64,000 nt of DNA. It comes from Gordius albopunctatus. Lineage: Eukaryota. The notes beneath the pieces were generated by a model, which did not search any database, was not told where the DNA came from, and saw only the letters and a program-made list of their open reading frames with translations. Below, in pieces: positions 36,693 to 49,976 of the stretch. Location: contig OZ193910.1 in assembly GCA_964276515.1 (NCBI GenBank), positions 5,270,001 through 5,334,000 of the forward strand. Direction: 5' to 3'. Position 1 is the stretch's first letter. Every line of letters begins with the position of its first letter. Both the position numbers and the translations under genes were made by a program.

Positions 36693-38841
36693 ATTGTGCA
36701 CTATATATGTGGGAAGCATATTAGTCAAATTGACTATTTGCTTATAAGGCGAAATGACTTATGGAGTATCAAGGATTGCAAAGTAATACTAGGAGAAGAA
36801 ATCGCCATCGTCCCCTTGTTATGGATCTTAACAGAAGAGTCTTTTACGTAAGAAGAAAGGTCTATGAACCTCGAATTCGATACGAGAGCCTAAAGGATAC
36901 GTCGACAAACGAAAAATACCTTCAAAAAGCCTCTTCACTCTTACATGCAAGGAAGTTGCAAAGGGACGTAGATGACGATTGGGAGACGCTATCTAAGAAC
37001 ATAAAGGAAACACCGATTCGTGTTCTAAGACATATCAAAGGAGGCAAAGCTATGAATAGGGAATGGTGGTAGGATCAATCGGTTAGGAATTTCATCGAAA
37101 AAAGGAAAAATTTATATAGACGGTGGCATAAATCAAAAAGTCGGAAGATTATCAAGAGTATAGGGACGCAAAGAGGGCCGTAAAAAGGGCCGTTGCAATA
37201 GCGAAGAATGCCGTACGCCAAAATGGCTATTAAACTGGATCATAAAGGGGGCGATAGGCTTATGTACAAATTGGCCAAGAAAAGGGAGAAGAAAAGTCGC
37301 GATGTCGGAGTTCTTAAAATAGTCAAAAACGAGAAGGGTCAAACCTTATTCAAGCCGAAGGAACTAATGGAAAGGCGGAAAGGATATTTTCAGAATCTTA
37401 TGAATGTTGCAAATGACAAGGATTCCCTTCCCAAAATTGAGCCAACAAGAAGCAAAAAGGAAAAGCAAATGGCCTAGACGGAATACCTATGAAAACATTG
37501 CTAGGTTGTCGTGCCGAAGGAGTCACCACCATGACGAACCTTCTTAACAAGATATTGGTAGAAGAGCGAATTCCTAATCAATGAAGAGCAAGCACGATTA
37601 TGCCCTTGTTTAAAGGCAAAAGAGACCCTCAAGACTGTCTTAATTACAGAGGTATCAAGCTAACTCGTTACTCCTTGAAGCTTATGGAAAGAACCTTAGT
37701 AACAAGGCTAAAAAAGTAGGTGGAAATATTGGCTAACCAATTCGAATTTGTGGCCAGCAAAACCACAATCGACTTTATTTTTGCACTAAGACAAATAATG
37801 GATAAGTATGGTGAAAAGATCGACTTGGAGAAAGCTTATGACACTGTCCCTCGCGATTTAATATAATAAAGCCTGAGAAAACAAAATATCCCTGATTATA
37901 TACGGCTTATGAAAAATATTTATGAAGCCTCAAACTCTTGCGTTAGGACGACAGTTGGAGACACTAAATCTTTTCGGGTTAAAATTGGATTACATCAAGG
38001 ATCTGCTTTAAGTCCCTTTTTATTTCATATAATTATAGACACGATAACGAGGGACATTCAAAAGCCATCGCCATGGTGTATGCTATATGCCGATGATATA
38101 GTTATATGCAAGGAAACAAGGGAGAAAGTATTCGAAGAAGCCGAAAAGTGGTCAAAGCGCTTAGCTGGATATGGTTTAAAGGTCAACGATAGAACAACGG
38201 TATACATGGAAATGAACTGTACAGGCACCCCATCGCTGGATGACCATTTAAAGTACCCAAAAGTAGACAGGTTCACATACCTCGGCTCGATGCTACATCA
38301 AGAGGGAGGTTGCGCAACAGAAGTCAATGCCCGGATCCAAAAAGGATGGCTTAAATGGCGAAGTATATCCGGTGTAATGTGCGACAAGAAAATGCCAATA
38401 TGGTTGAAGAGCAAAGCTTACAAATCCATCGTAAGACCGATTTTACTCTATGGAAGTAAAACATGGGCATTAAACACCACGGAAGGAAAGCTATTACAAG
38501 CCACAGAGATGAGAATGATATGGTGAAGTTTGGGGTATGCTAAGCTCGACCATATGACGAATGACTTTCTCATGACAAAAATGGGTATTCAATCTATGGC
38601 GGACATGATTAACGAAAATCGGCTAAGGTGGTATGGTCATATACTAAGGAGGGATACGGATGACTTAAATCGAAAAGTACTGGACATGGAGGTACCGGGG
38701 AAGAGAGGAAGAGCGACCCGTGTCATGTGGAAAGGGCAAGCCGATAAAGCAATGAAAACAAAAGAGATTAGTCAAGATATGGCACTCACCCGGTCAAGAT
38801 GGAAGAAACTAATCATAAATGGGGTGGGGGGGGGGATTTAA
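36693..38841 (+). mobile_element. Decayed RTE-clade LINE (endonuclease C-terminus plus reverse transcriptase)
   Basis: SQIDYLL and HRPLVMD (end of APE), NYRGIKL, DLEKAYD, GLHQGSALSPFLF, MLYADD, FTYLGS and RLRWYGHILRR, with many stops and frameshifts. Confidence 0.93.
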
Positions 38842-38913
38842 CAACAAAATACCTTAAAAATAAAAAAAAATATATGCCTTGCCCCCTCCCTTAATCCAAA
38901 ACCTAAATTCCTT

Positions 38914-39652
38914 TTAGTTTTAAAAAGGGATAAATTCTGAAACTACCGGCCCGATTCGCGCGAAAATTTAGCCGTAGATGCCCAGGGATGCCAGGGGTAA
39001 AATAGCTTTTTCAGATTCCTAAAATACCTTTTAGTTTTAAAAATATCGGAAATTTCACGGCCAGTTTCGTTTATAGCATCATATACAATAATGACGTCAT
39101 ACATACAAGGCTGAAGTTTTCTCGAATTAGATATTTAAAAGTATAATAAAAATGTTACAGTATACGGTCAAAATTATTGGGGTTTAACAAACTATTTAAA
39201 TTAAATAAATAATATTTAAATTATTATCACTTGGTTGATCATTGAGGCATATTTTTAATAATTATCCATCCTTCAATTAATTATTTTATTATATTAAAGA
39301 AAATTGTATTTCAAATAAATCAGCTAACTAGAAAAATAAAATAAGGATATTATTGTATAATAAGTAACAGCATTAATCAGCAATTTTTTCAAAAACATTT
39401 AATTTTAGTCGAATTTGATGACTAAAACAGAATTCGCATTTAGTTTGTCTTATTTATATACTAAAAATAGTGGATTCATAAAATCCATGACGTGATAAAA
39501 TTCGTGCTCTAAATAAATATTATGGATATTTTATTTATTTAAATTATTATTTCATATATGACCCCATTTTAGATAATTCTTATTAATAGGTTATACTTAT
39601 TTAACCACTTAAGGAATGAGCCAAAGCAACGCTTGGCCGGGCACAGCTACTA
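38914..39652 (+). mobile_element. Non-autonomous Helitron-like fragment
   Basis: 3' hairpin CCAAAGCAACGCTTGG followed by CCGGGCACAGCTAC (CTAG-like end). 38914-39045 matches the reverse complement of about 60665-60770. Confidence 0.55.
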
Positions 39653-40592
39653 AAATATAAAAAAAAAGTAATTATGAAATTAAAATTCGTTCGAGAATGA
39701 ATATTTAGAAGTTATTGCCCCTATCCCCTCCCCCTTTACATCACCTAAAAATTAAAATGAACTAATAAATTTAACGGCTAAATAAACCTTAAAAGTATTA
39801 TGTAAAAATTAAAAGAAAAAAATTTTATTTAATAATTTTAAATGAAATTAGAGATGTGGTACATTTTGTTGAATCCAATGGCACACCAAAAGAAATTTTT
39901 TGTTATTTTTATCTCTTAAAGTTTTGATGCGTTAACAATTGTCTATAAAATTCAGGAATTTGTTATGAATATTAATTTATGAAACTTTTGATGGGATATC
40001 ACTAATAAAGGGGAAAAATGGTGCACAAAATATTTTTTGGGAAATCATTGACTTTATATTTGCATGTCATGTGGTACATAAAAATATGCAAGATATGTTA
40101 AACAATAAGCATGTGAGACGGACAATTAAATTGAATCCATGATGGAATTTTCGTAAATTTGATAATATTTTAATATATTTTGAAAGTGTTAAAAAGTTTA
40201 AAAAATGTTTTCTGGGAGAAAAACATTTATAAAGTCATGTCCTAAGCTCAATAAAGCAAGCTAAAGATAACCTATCTTGTCCAATTGTGGAGCGAAGATA
40301 GTTTTAATCCATTTTAGCAATGAGAACGATCCTTCGCATGAACATGGAGTTTTTGGGATGGTTAAAATTATTTTAATCAAAATAATAAAATTTGGAAACG
40401 CTATTGAGGGCAAAATTTTAATAAGAGGAAAAATATCATTGTATTTTGTTTTATTCGAAATAAAGAATTATAATATATTATATAATTATTTGCCATTATT
40501 ATTTCAGCATCTTGCAGTTTTAATTCATAATGGTAAATTACTTCTGATAAAAGAAATTTATCGCAAAATGAAGGGTTTAAACTTAAACCTTC

Positions 40593-40763
40593 CATGGGCG
40601 TAGCCGGGGGGGGAGGGGGCAGGGAGGGGCGGCCGCCCTCCTTTAAATCCAAAAATTTGTTAAAATTTATCAAAATTATGGCTTAAATTTGAAAAAATAT
40701 TCATTTTTCTTCTCCCAAAATCATTATTGCCACCCACTAATTTAAATGCTGGCTACGCCCATG
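40593..40763. mobile_element. MITE, CATGGGCGTAGCC-TIR family
   Basis: Perfect TIRs CATGGGCGTAGCC / GGCTACGCCCATG with flanks AAACCTTC/AAATTTTC. Confidence 0.85.
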
Positions 40764-41207
40764 AAATTTTCTAAGGACCTATATAAATTACAATTAATTT
40801 CCGAGAATCTTATGTTTAATTCTGCTATTATTCTATTGATGATAGGATAATATAAATCAATTTTGAAATCAATTAATGAATTGGTAGATTCAAAAGAGTA
40901 AAAAGTGTCATACTTTTTGGGTTTTTTAAAACGTTTAGAAGGTACTAAATCAAAAATTTAGGCTAAATCTTTCGCCTTATTATAAAGAATTTGATAGTGA
41001 TCCTCATTTCTAATATCATTTAAAGTTAATATTAGGCTGTAACCGTTGAAATTGCATTTATTGAACAAATATTTGGGATTTATATTATAATTGAAAGTTA
41101 TATTCAAAAACAAATAACTATTATAAACTTCTTATTTTTTCTTAATTAAAATATACGGGGCCCAAGATTTTTCCCTTGGGGGGACCCGCCCCCCCCCCTA
41201 GCTACGC

Positions 41208-41746
41208 TAGAGGTCTGAATGGGCCGAAATTTTAGGTACAGGCCCGGCCCATACCCGCACAAATATTATTTTTTTGACCCGCACCCGGCCCGCAAAAAAA
41301 TCTCAAAAATTGCGCCGCATCAGGCCCGCACGAGTAAAAACAAGTCTACGTTGTTTCAAAATTATTTCTTTGTATAAAAACTATTTTGTATTGTTCAAAA
41401 GTAATATTTTATAGAGTGTTGGTGTCTTATGCGCTTCTAACTCGATACTTGCCTTTTCATAAGGTGAACAAGTTTTCCAATAAATCTTTGCCAGATAAAA
41501 AACTGATTATTTTATCATTTTTAACATAATGATTTCCACCAGATTGTTTTTCGGAAAATTAAATTTTTTAATTGTTAAGCTAATAAGTGAATTTTTTTGT
41601 TTCTATATTAGAATTATAGTATAAAGTTAAATAAATTAAAAAAATTTTACTTTTCAAAGCCCAAGCCCGGCCCGCACTTTTTTTATTGCTCTATTTTAGG
41701 CCTTGAGCCTGCGGGCCGCGGGCCGGCCGGCCCATGCAGACCTCTA
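41208..41746. mobile_element. hAT MITE related to the 22716 element, inserted into the end of another MITE
   Basis: TAGAGGTCTG...CAGACCTCTA with perfect TSD AGCTACGC. Short transposase remnants at about 41430-41535. Confidence 0.9.
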
Positions 41747-41986
41747 AGCTACGCCACTCAGTGCTGCCGGTAAAAATAAATGTAAGGATATCTAGTATAG
41801 TTTTGTTTTCAAATATATTTGTATTTATATGATAATTTTTAATATTATCCATAGAGAAATCCTGGCTATGTTCCTAATCACGAATGGTAAAATTAGTGTC
41901 AATTTTTTATAACAAAGTTTATAAATATTATATGCGAAGTTTCCCACTTTATTTAGGAATATAGATTATTGTTCAAGTGATTCTTA

Positions 41987-42423
41987 TTCAAAAAAAAGCT
42001 GATCAGAAAAAAAGCTAATAAACAAATAGGAACATTTGGCAATTTCGACGTATAGTGCATACAATCTAATGTAAATTTAGGAATATTTGGCAATTTCTGC
42101 GTATAGTGCAGAATATCTAATTGAGAATTTAAACGTATTCTCCCGTAATTTAGATTAATCCATGGATTTGAGATTCTTTCGCAATTTAGATTTAACCTTC
42201 TAACGGAAGTTTTCCCACCATTTTTTTAGATATCTTATTAATAAATCTAATTATTAGATCTTATTTTCAAAAATCCTATTTTTGAATATCTAACCCTTTT
42301 TATATATTCAATATTTAAATTTTATTTTCAAATTTGCTATGCGACATACTCCTCATAAGACATCCAGTATATTTTAGGGTCTAGATTTTTTTATTAGCCT
42401 TTTTTCTTATCAGCTTTTTTGAA
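41987..42423. mobile_element. MITE-like element with ~35-bp TIRs
   Basis: TTCAAAAAAAAGCTGATCAGAAAAAAAGCTAATAAA versus TTTATTAGCCTTTTTTCTTATCAGCTTTTTTGAA. Confidence 0.6.
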
Positions 42424-43962
42424 GAGCTTTTTTTTGAACAGAATAGCTAGCCTGTCAAGGTATCATTAAGGGTAATATGGCCTTAAGTGTTTTAAAAGGC
42501 CTTAATTTCCAAAGAAAAAATGGATAAAGCGATTTAGCTAAATATTATAAAACGGTATCCGTTTATAATGTTAAACAACTATACATTGTGTTCTTAGTTT
42601 AATCATCCTATAAAATAGTTGAGCAACTTTTAGATAACCTCTACAATATTGAATATAAAAAAATAACCATATTTTAAGCATTTTTAAAATAATCTCACTT
42701 GTTCAAATATTTTTTCTTGCAGATATTTTGGTTTCTAGGCTATGTTGAATATTAATTGTTATGTATATCTTCATGGGCGTAGCCAGCTTTTGAATTAGGG
42801 GGGCAAAAAAATTTTCCTTGACTATCCCAAAATTTTTCCTGAGAGCAAAAAAAAAGGTCTCGCCTATCCAAAAAAATTTTCCGGATTCAAATTTGGCTAA
42901 TTGGGGGGGGGGGGGCGCATGCTATAATTTAAAAATTTGATATAATTAAATATCCAAAACATGCAATTACTATATAATGATGATAAAGAAAAAAATAGAT
43001 GTCTGAAAACCTATATAAAAAGTTTTTGCAATTTACTAAAAAATACTGAATATAGCCCAAGCCCCACAAAATTTTTAATAACTAAAAATAATCAATATTC
43101 ATAATCAGATTAATGTAATATAGAATATACCTGCATAAATTACTATTTTTAAATCATAAAATTATTAAAATAAATTTAAAGTATTTCATAAATTTTACTT
43201 AAATTTATATATAATTAATAAATATGTCGAAAATTATTTAAGCAAAACACATAAAATTTTCAAAAAAGTCTTTGCTAAATAATTAAAATACTGAAATAAA
43301 TATTACCAAAGGTCAATAAAGATTCAAAATAAAATTTTTTAACTTATCGCTTTTAATAAAGTATGTACGAATATCCATTAAATTTGAAATTGTTAGGGAA
43401 ATTAATTTGAATATGTATTTATTTTAGGAATAGGAAATAAATAATGACACAATCGCAACTAGTAATCTAAAATCTCAAATTTAGATTTAATTTTACCAAA
43501 ATAATTTAAATTTATAAGTAAATTCCTAATATAAGCTTCTGTATTTATTTGAGTTAAGTTCAAACAGGGGGGGGCAAAACAGAATTTTTTTTAATTTTAA
43601 AGGGTTTTTGTATTGAAATTTTTTCTTCTAAATTAGGGGGGAAGGGGCAGCCGCCCCCCTGGCTACGCCCATGTATATCTTTCCCTCGCTGTGCAATTAC
43701 CCAAGTTTTTACCGATAGATTCACATTATATGATATGCCCTTCAAATATTGTTAGTTTTTCGAAATAGATTTATCCTCACTTCAGCCAGTCTTCTCAGAT
43801 TTGACAACGAGGAATATTAGTTTTTTTCATATCTCTTAAAATCTAGATATCAGGGTTTATTCATTTTACTAGTGGTAGTGAAGGAACTCTTGTACTGAGA
43901 TAATTTTCAAAGCTGTTTTTTTAAAATCCTTCATCTCTTATTACGATATAACATTGTATATA

Positions 43963-44285
43963 CAGTCTCAACTTCTTAATCGCAAATCGGATTAGCGCGA
44001 AATATTATAATCGCGAAGTTAACCGCCATTTTGTTTTTTTCAAACGATAATATTAACAAAAACATCGTTTATTGACAAATCTCGTAATAGTACAATACCG
44101 GATATTCACAAACATTTTCGAGTCCTTAAATCAACCATACAATTATATAAAATATCGTTTTATTGCGAAGCGTAAGAAATGAATATTTAATATAATCTCT
44201 TTTTACATCGTTTAATCGCGAAATATCGGTTAATCGCGAATTTTTAATTCAGGCCCAAGGCTTTGCAATAACGCGGTTTTGTCTG
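43963..44285. mobile_element. Tc1/pogo-type MITE
   Basis: TA|CAG...CTG|TA ends, degenerate TIRs and repeated TAATCGCGAA subterminal motifs. Confidence 0.6.
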
Positions 44286-44329
44286 TATAGTCTTTTTTAC
44301 ACTTTTTGTTTATCTTAAATTTAATATTA

Positions 44330-44782
44330 ACACGGGGGGGGGGGGGAAGTAAACAAAGGGGAGGGAGCCAATAATGGGTGTGGGTGGGGTTGTCATTTTC
44401 ACTAGTATATAAGTCTCTCAAGCAGCACATCATAAACACAAACCCACCACCCACCCACACAGAAAGGCTTCCTTCATCCCTATTGTGCCTGCCTGCCTCC
44501 ACCCTCTCGTCTCATTCCTCTACCCCAATTTACCTCTCTGTCACTCTCACCCCCTTCCCTCGTTATATCCCCCACCCCCCATCTAATAATAAGACGACGC
44601 TTTTGAAATAACTCGACCTTGACATCTAATAAATTAATATATTACAAAATTTTAGCACTAATTTTATTACCAATAATTCCTTATTTGAATCGCTCCTTGT
44701 TTATCATAATATCGTTGTAAAATTAGAGGGTATTTCTTTGCTTCCAATACTGGGATATCCTTTGTCGGATCGATGCGTAAGA
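44330..44782 (+). promoter_or_regulatory. Candidate promoter and first exon of the BAHD1-like gene
   Basis: Unique G-rich then C-rich block with TATATAAG at about 44406. ATG-C|GTAAG donor at 44773-44781 has phase 1, matching the acceptor at 51871. Confidence 0.4.
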
Positions 44783-45723
44783 TGTTATACACACATATTA
44801 TTTTTTAATTAAACAATATACAGTAATATTTTATAGCGTCTTTTGCCAAAGTGCATTTAGGTTAAACCTATTGCCTGCGTACTTTATTATCGATTATATA
44901 TAAATATCTTGTAAGTAATGTACGTTTATCCTCGAAGACTTTTAAAAAGAGCGTTCCACCAAAATGTCTTGGCTATGGAGGGATGCACTCTTAGCTGTGA
45001 TATGATCATAGATAATTTTAATGCTAGGCTCCAACATTTCATAACATCAATAAATAATGCAATGTGTTGACATTAATTCGTAAAATAGGAGTGAAAGATG
45101 CTTGTATTGCCCCCCTCTAAATCCAAAATTTTTTTGAAATTTATGCAAAATTATGGCTTAAATTTCAAGAAATGATCATCATTGCCCCCCCCCCTAATTC
45201 CAATGCTGGCTACGCCCATGTCCATGAAAACTTTGTTTAAAGTGTTTACTCTCCCTCCCTAAATTTAAATTAAAAAATTTATTAGTCCTTTCACCCCAAA
45301 TGGCAAAAACACTTTTTTCCAATACAAAAACTCTTAAAAACTAAAAAAATTATGTTGTGCCCCCCCCCCCCTAATTGAACTTAAAACATTTTCGCCCCCC
45401 CCCCAATCCATAGCTTATAACTTTCCATTTAAATGCAGGAATAAATTAGATGATTTAGTTTTTACTTGTAATATTATTGCTTTTAAAAGCTCTCGTACTT
45501 CTTCTATATAAGCTAGCCAAAGTACTCTAAAAACAATAAAGAATTTAAAAAAATGAATTCAACATATTTTTATAAAAACGCAGGTTTTAAAAATCACTGG
45601 TCGAAATTATTCCGGGCAGAGTTTACCAAAAATCATCAAAAAATTGTGGGATGGTTGGGCCTAATGGGCTAGCCGCAAAAGCTTTTTAACAAAATTTTAT
45701 GATAAATATAACGTATGTCGAGC

Positions 45724-46620
45724 TAGAGACCTGCAACGGGCATGTTTGGGTAAATCGGCCCGCCCGTAATAAAAATTTCAAAGCCCGCCCCGGGACCGTC
45801 AAAATATGAAATTATAAGACCGAGCCCGGCCCGCTAATTTAATACAAAGCCAGGCCTAGGCCCGTAAAATTATTTTTATTTTTTTATCGATATGGCAAAC
45901 AATATGTTTGTGTTAAAAATGTTAATAAAAATAGTTTAAAAAGAATAAATTGGTAATCCCCGGTCACTCGAGTTCTTCTATCTTTTAAGAAACGACCTAC
46001 ATGAAAAAAAATTTTACAAGTGGCCCTTCAGGATACATAAAACCATAGAAGGCAAATAAACTTTTAAAACCCTTATTTAAAGTTATTAATGTTTTAATAA
46101 AACTGCTTATCTTTTTTGCCTTGCCACCATTTTAAATAATAAGGTTATTGATATAAAATGAGAAAAGAGTGATAGTAACTTGAGGAAATGAATTTTAGAA
46201 CTTGTTAATGATAATGAGTATATATAAATTTAGGCATTTGGCCGGGGTCGGATAAAGTAGAAGTTAGCAACGGTCAGCATTGATTTACAGGGAATTATTT
46301 AGCCAGTTTCGCATTCATCCGTTATAAACTAACAACCTAGACAAATTGCCAAAATAACAGAACAATATGGAATTTGAGCTTAGGCGAGGTCGGAAAAAGT
46401 AAAGCCCATCAGCGGTCAGCTAAATAAAAGTCTTTCACGGAAGTATAAGTCCACGCCATCAAAAACCCGTATAAGTTTCCACGGCAATTATTGAAAAATT
46501 ACAAGTTGGACAGGACAGGACGGATAAACAAAATTTAAATAAAAAATAATTTTAAATAATATTAATTTAATTCACTCAATATTGGTAGAGGGTATAAATG
46601 GGGAGGCAAATATGGGCAGC
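45724..46620. mobile_element. Partial inverted copy of the 47663-49725 hAT element
   Basis: Starts TAGAGACCTGCAACGGG and follows the reverse complement of the 49725 end. It is cut by another hAT end (TAGAGCCCTGCA) at 46626. Confidence 0.8.
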
Positions 46621-47662
46621 TGCACTAGAGCCCTGCACGGGTGACCCGAAACCCACCCGACCCGAAGTTGAAAATTTTAAAATGCCGTCGGGTTCGGGTT
46701 GAAGGTTATTATTCTTAAATTGCATAATAGACATACCGTTTAAATTAATGCCATTATATATATTTTATAATTAATATTGAAATATATGATTAATTTATCT
46801 CATACATTTATGAATTTCTTTTAAGTTATATCTAAATTTTGTATTTGCGCAATTTAAATTTTAGAAAAGTAGAATATCTTCATGCTATAAATAATAATAA
46901 ACATATAATTAATATCACATAACTTATTAACGATTTTGTGAAGTCCCATTTTCTTTATACATTATGAAATGACTAAAAGTTTTTTTCCGGTGTTTAATCC
47001 GTCTTCTTGTGTATTTAAGTCAGATTGTCATCTTGACCCTTTGTATTTGTTTTATATAAAATACAATCATATTACATTTGCATTCTCTACATTTTTTATA
47101 ATGAAACAATCTTTTTATTGATTTGAGTTAGCATACACTAATAACAAGTGAAAACGTCAGAGTTAATCTATCGGCTATGACTAGGCACGGGCATTTTCGA
47201 AATTTTTTGGATTTTTGTTTTTTTTTAACTTAATTTGTGAGAAAACTACTACTTATTTCTCTCCAAATTTTTTCCCTATAGTAAAAATAAACCTTAAGGA
47301 TATATTCCAACAAAAAAATTGGAAAAATAATTATTAGTTTTTTTTAAATACGATTTAATTTTTTATGGCTAAAGTAGCCCCGGTCTCCCCTACTACTATG
47401 CCTGTAACTCGCTTTTTAAATCAATATAGCTCCCCTGGCTCATGTGCGTATCCAAATTAAAAAAATTGTTAATATTTATTGAAATTTGCCCTCCCTCAAT
47501 CATTATTGCCCCCACCCAATTCCAATGCTGGCTCTGCCTGCCCTGGTCTGGCTCATTATACCTTTATTTTATTTTCCAAAAGGCCTAAAGATATCCTTTA
47601 TTTGGCTAGGTTATATTTATAATTCTTTCGGTCTGGTGCTTTATCGTTTCAATATTTACGAC

Positions 47663-49725
47663 TAGAGACCGGCCCGGGCCGGACTCGTACGGGCTTCTGC
47701 TTAAAAATAAAATTACGGGCTGGGCGGGCAAATATATAACTTAAAGGGCTCGGGCCGAGCCTATTTATACTTAGGGCCCGTTAAAAGCCGGTTAAAAAAT
47801 CAATTAGATTTAGTATAAAAGAAGGTGTTTTTATAATTTTCTGATTTATAATTATTTTATGTCATGTTAAATTAACAAGGAATAAAATTTATTTCATCCT
47901 AGTTCATTAATTCCTCAATATCTCGACCCGCATTATAATTGTTGAAGATAATTTTTATACGTGATCCCATGGGCGGAGCCATTTTAAATTAGAAAGGGGA
48001 AAAAATGTTTTTTCCATGGAGAATTTTTGGATTTGGAGGGGGGCAGCTGCCCATCCTTGTCTCCCCATTTATACCCTCTAGCAATATTGAGTGAATTAAT
48101 ATAATTGATTATTTACATTAATTTCTATGCAATTTATGGGCTCACTTTTAGTTATCCGTGCTGTCCTGTCCAACTTGTAATTTTTTCAATAATTGCCGTG
48201 GAAACTTATATGGGTTTTTAATGGCTGTGGACTTATGCTTCTGTAAAAGACTTTTATTTTGCTGACCGCTGATTGGCTACGTTTATTGACCTCGCTAAAG
48301 CTCAAATTCCATTATTTGTTTTGTGCCCGACTGATGACCTTTTTTATTAATGAATTTCTTGGACGGGCTGATATATAACCTAAAGGGTTCGGACTGGGCC
48401 TAGTTATACTTTAGGCCCGTTAAAAGCTTGTTACAAATCAGTTAGATTTAGTATAAAAGAAGGTGCTTTTATAATTTTCTGATTTATAATTATTTTATGT
48501 ATATTAAATTATCAAGGAAAAAATTTTTTCGATCCTAGTTCAAATTCATCAATCTGCATTATAAATGTTAAAGATAATTTGTACACGTGATCCCATGGGC
48601 GGAGTCAATTTATATTAGAGGGGGGGTGGGTGGTTTAGATAGGACAAAAATGTTTTTTCCATCAAGAATTTTTGGATTTGAGGGGGGCAACTGCCCATCC
48701 TTGCCTCATACTCTCCAGCAATATTAAGTGAATTAATTTAATAGTATTTAAGATTATTCATATTAATTGCTATGCAATTTATGGGCTCTCTTTTGATTGC
48801 CGTCCTATCCGTCTTGTCCAATATGTAATCGCTCAATAATTGCCGTGGAAACTCATGCGGGTCTTTAATAGCTGTGGACTTATGCTTCTGAAAAGACTTT
48901 ATATTACTGACCCCTGATTGGCTTTACTTTTTTCGACCTTACCCGAGTTCAAATTTTTTTGTGCCCAACTGATTACCTTTTTATTAATGAATTTCTTTGG
49001 GCAACTAGTCTAGGTTGTTGCTATATATCGGATAATTGCGAAACGGGCTATAATTCCCTGAAAATTAATGCTGACCGTTGCTTACATCTAATTTGTCTGA
49101 CCCGACCAGAGGCCACAGTTCTGTTTAATTGCTATTTATATTTGCTGCTCTGTGAAATTCTTTCGGCAATTTGTCTAGGTTGTTAATTTAAAACGGATGA
49201 ATGCGAAAGTGGCTAAATAATTCCCTGAAAATTAATGCTGACCGTTGCTAACTTCTATTTTATCTGACCCCGGCCAAATGTGAAAATTTATATACTCATT
49301 ATCATTAAAAAAATTTTTAAAATATCACTGTTTTTTCATTTTTTATCAATAACCTAATTATTTAAAATGGTGGAAAAGTAAAGAAGCTAGGTAATTTTAT
49401 TAAAAACATTATAACCTTAAATAAGGGTTTTAAAAGTTTATTTGACTTTGTATCCTGAGGTGCCACTTGTAAAAAAATTTAAGTTAGAAGAACTCGACTG
49501 ACCAGCAATTACCAATTTATTATTTTAACAATATTTTTATTAACATTTTTAACATACATATTGTTTACCATATTAATAAAAATATTAAATAACAAAAAAT
49601 AAAAATAAAAAAAATTTACGGGCTCGGGTTTTGTAGAAAATCAGCGAGCCGGGCCCGGGTTTATATTTTTGAATTTTTATTACGGGCAGGCCGACTGACC
49701 TAAACAGGCCCGTTGCAGGTCTCTA
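47663..49725. mobile_element. Composite non-autonomous hAT element with an internal ~625-bp tandem duplication
   Basis: TAGAGACC...GGTCTCTA ends with perfect TSD TTTACGAC. The duplicated block (for example CGTGATCCCATGGGCGGAG at about 47960 and 48587) contains pieces of the CATGGGCG MITE and the HINE 5' end. Confidence 0.85.
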
Positions 49726-49976
49726 TTTACGACAGATTAAAAATAGCACAAAAGGCGGGACAAATTGGGACAACTTAACAAATAAAAGAAATTGATAATA
49801 ATAGTTTCATTAAATTAGCTTTAATATGTTTTAAAACGGAATAAATATATTTTATATGAATTTTTTTATTTTGAAGTGAAGTTAAGACATTTAATTAATG
49901 TATAGAAGGTTTAAAAAATTTATGAACATTTTCATAAATCTCATTAATCTTTAGGTCTGAAGATTAAAGGCCTCAT

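Noticed and set aside
48331..48360. Other CTGATGA motifs (also at about 13460, 15636 and 63557) as hammerheads
   Set aside because: None has a stem II followed by GAAA, and two lie inside coding exons.
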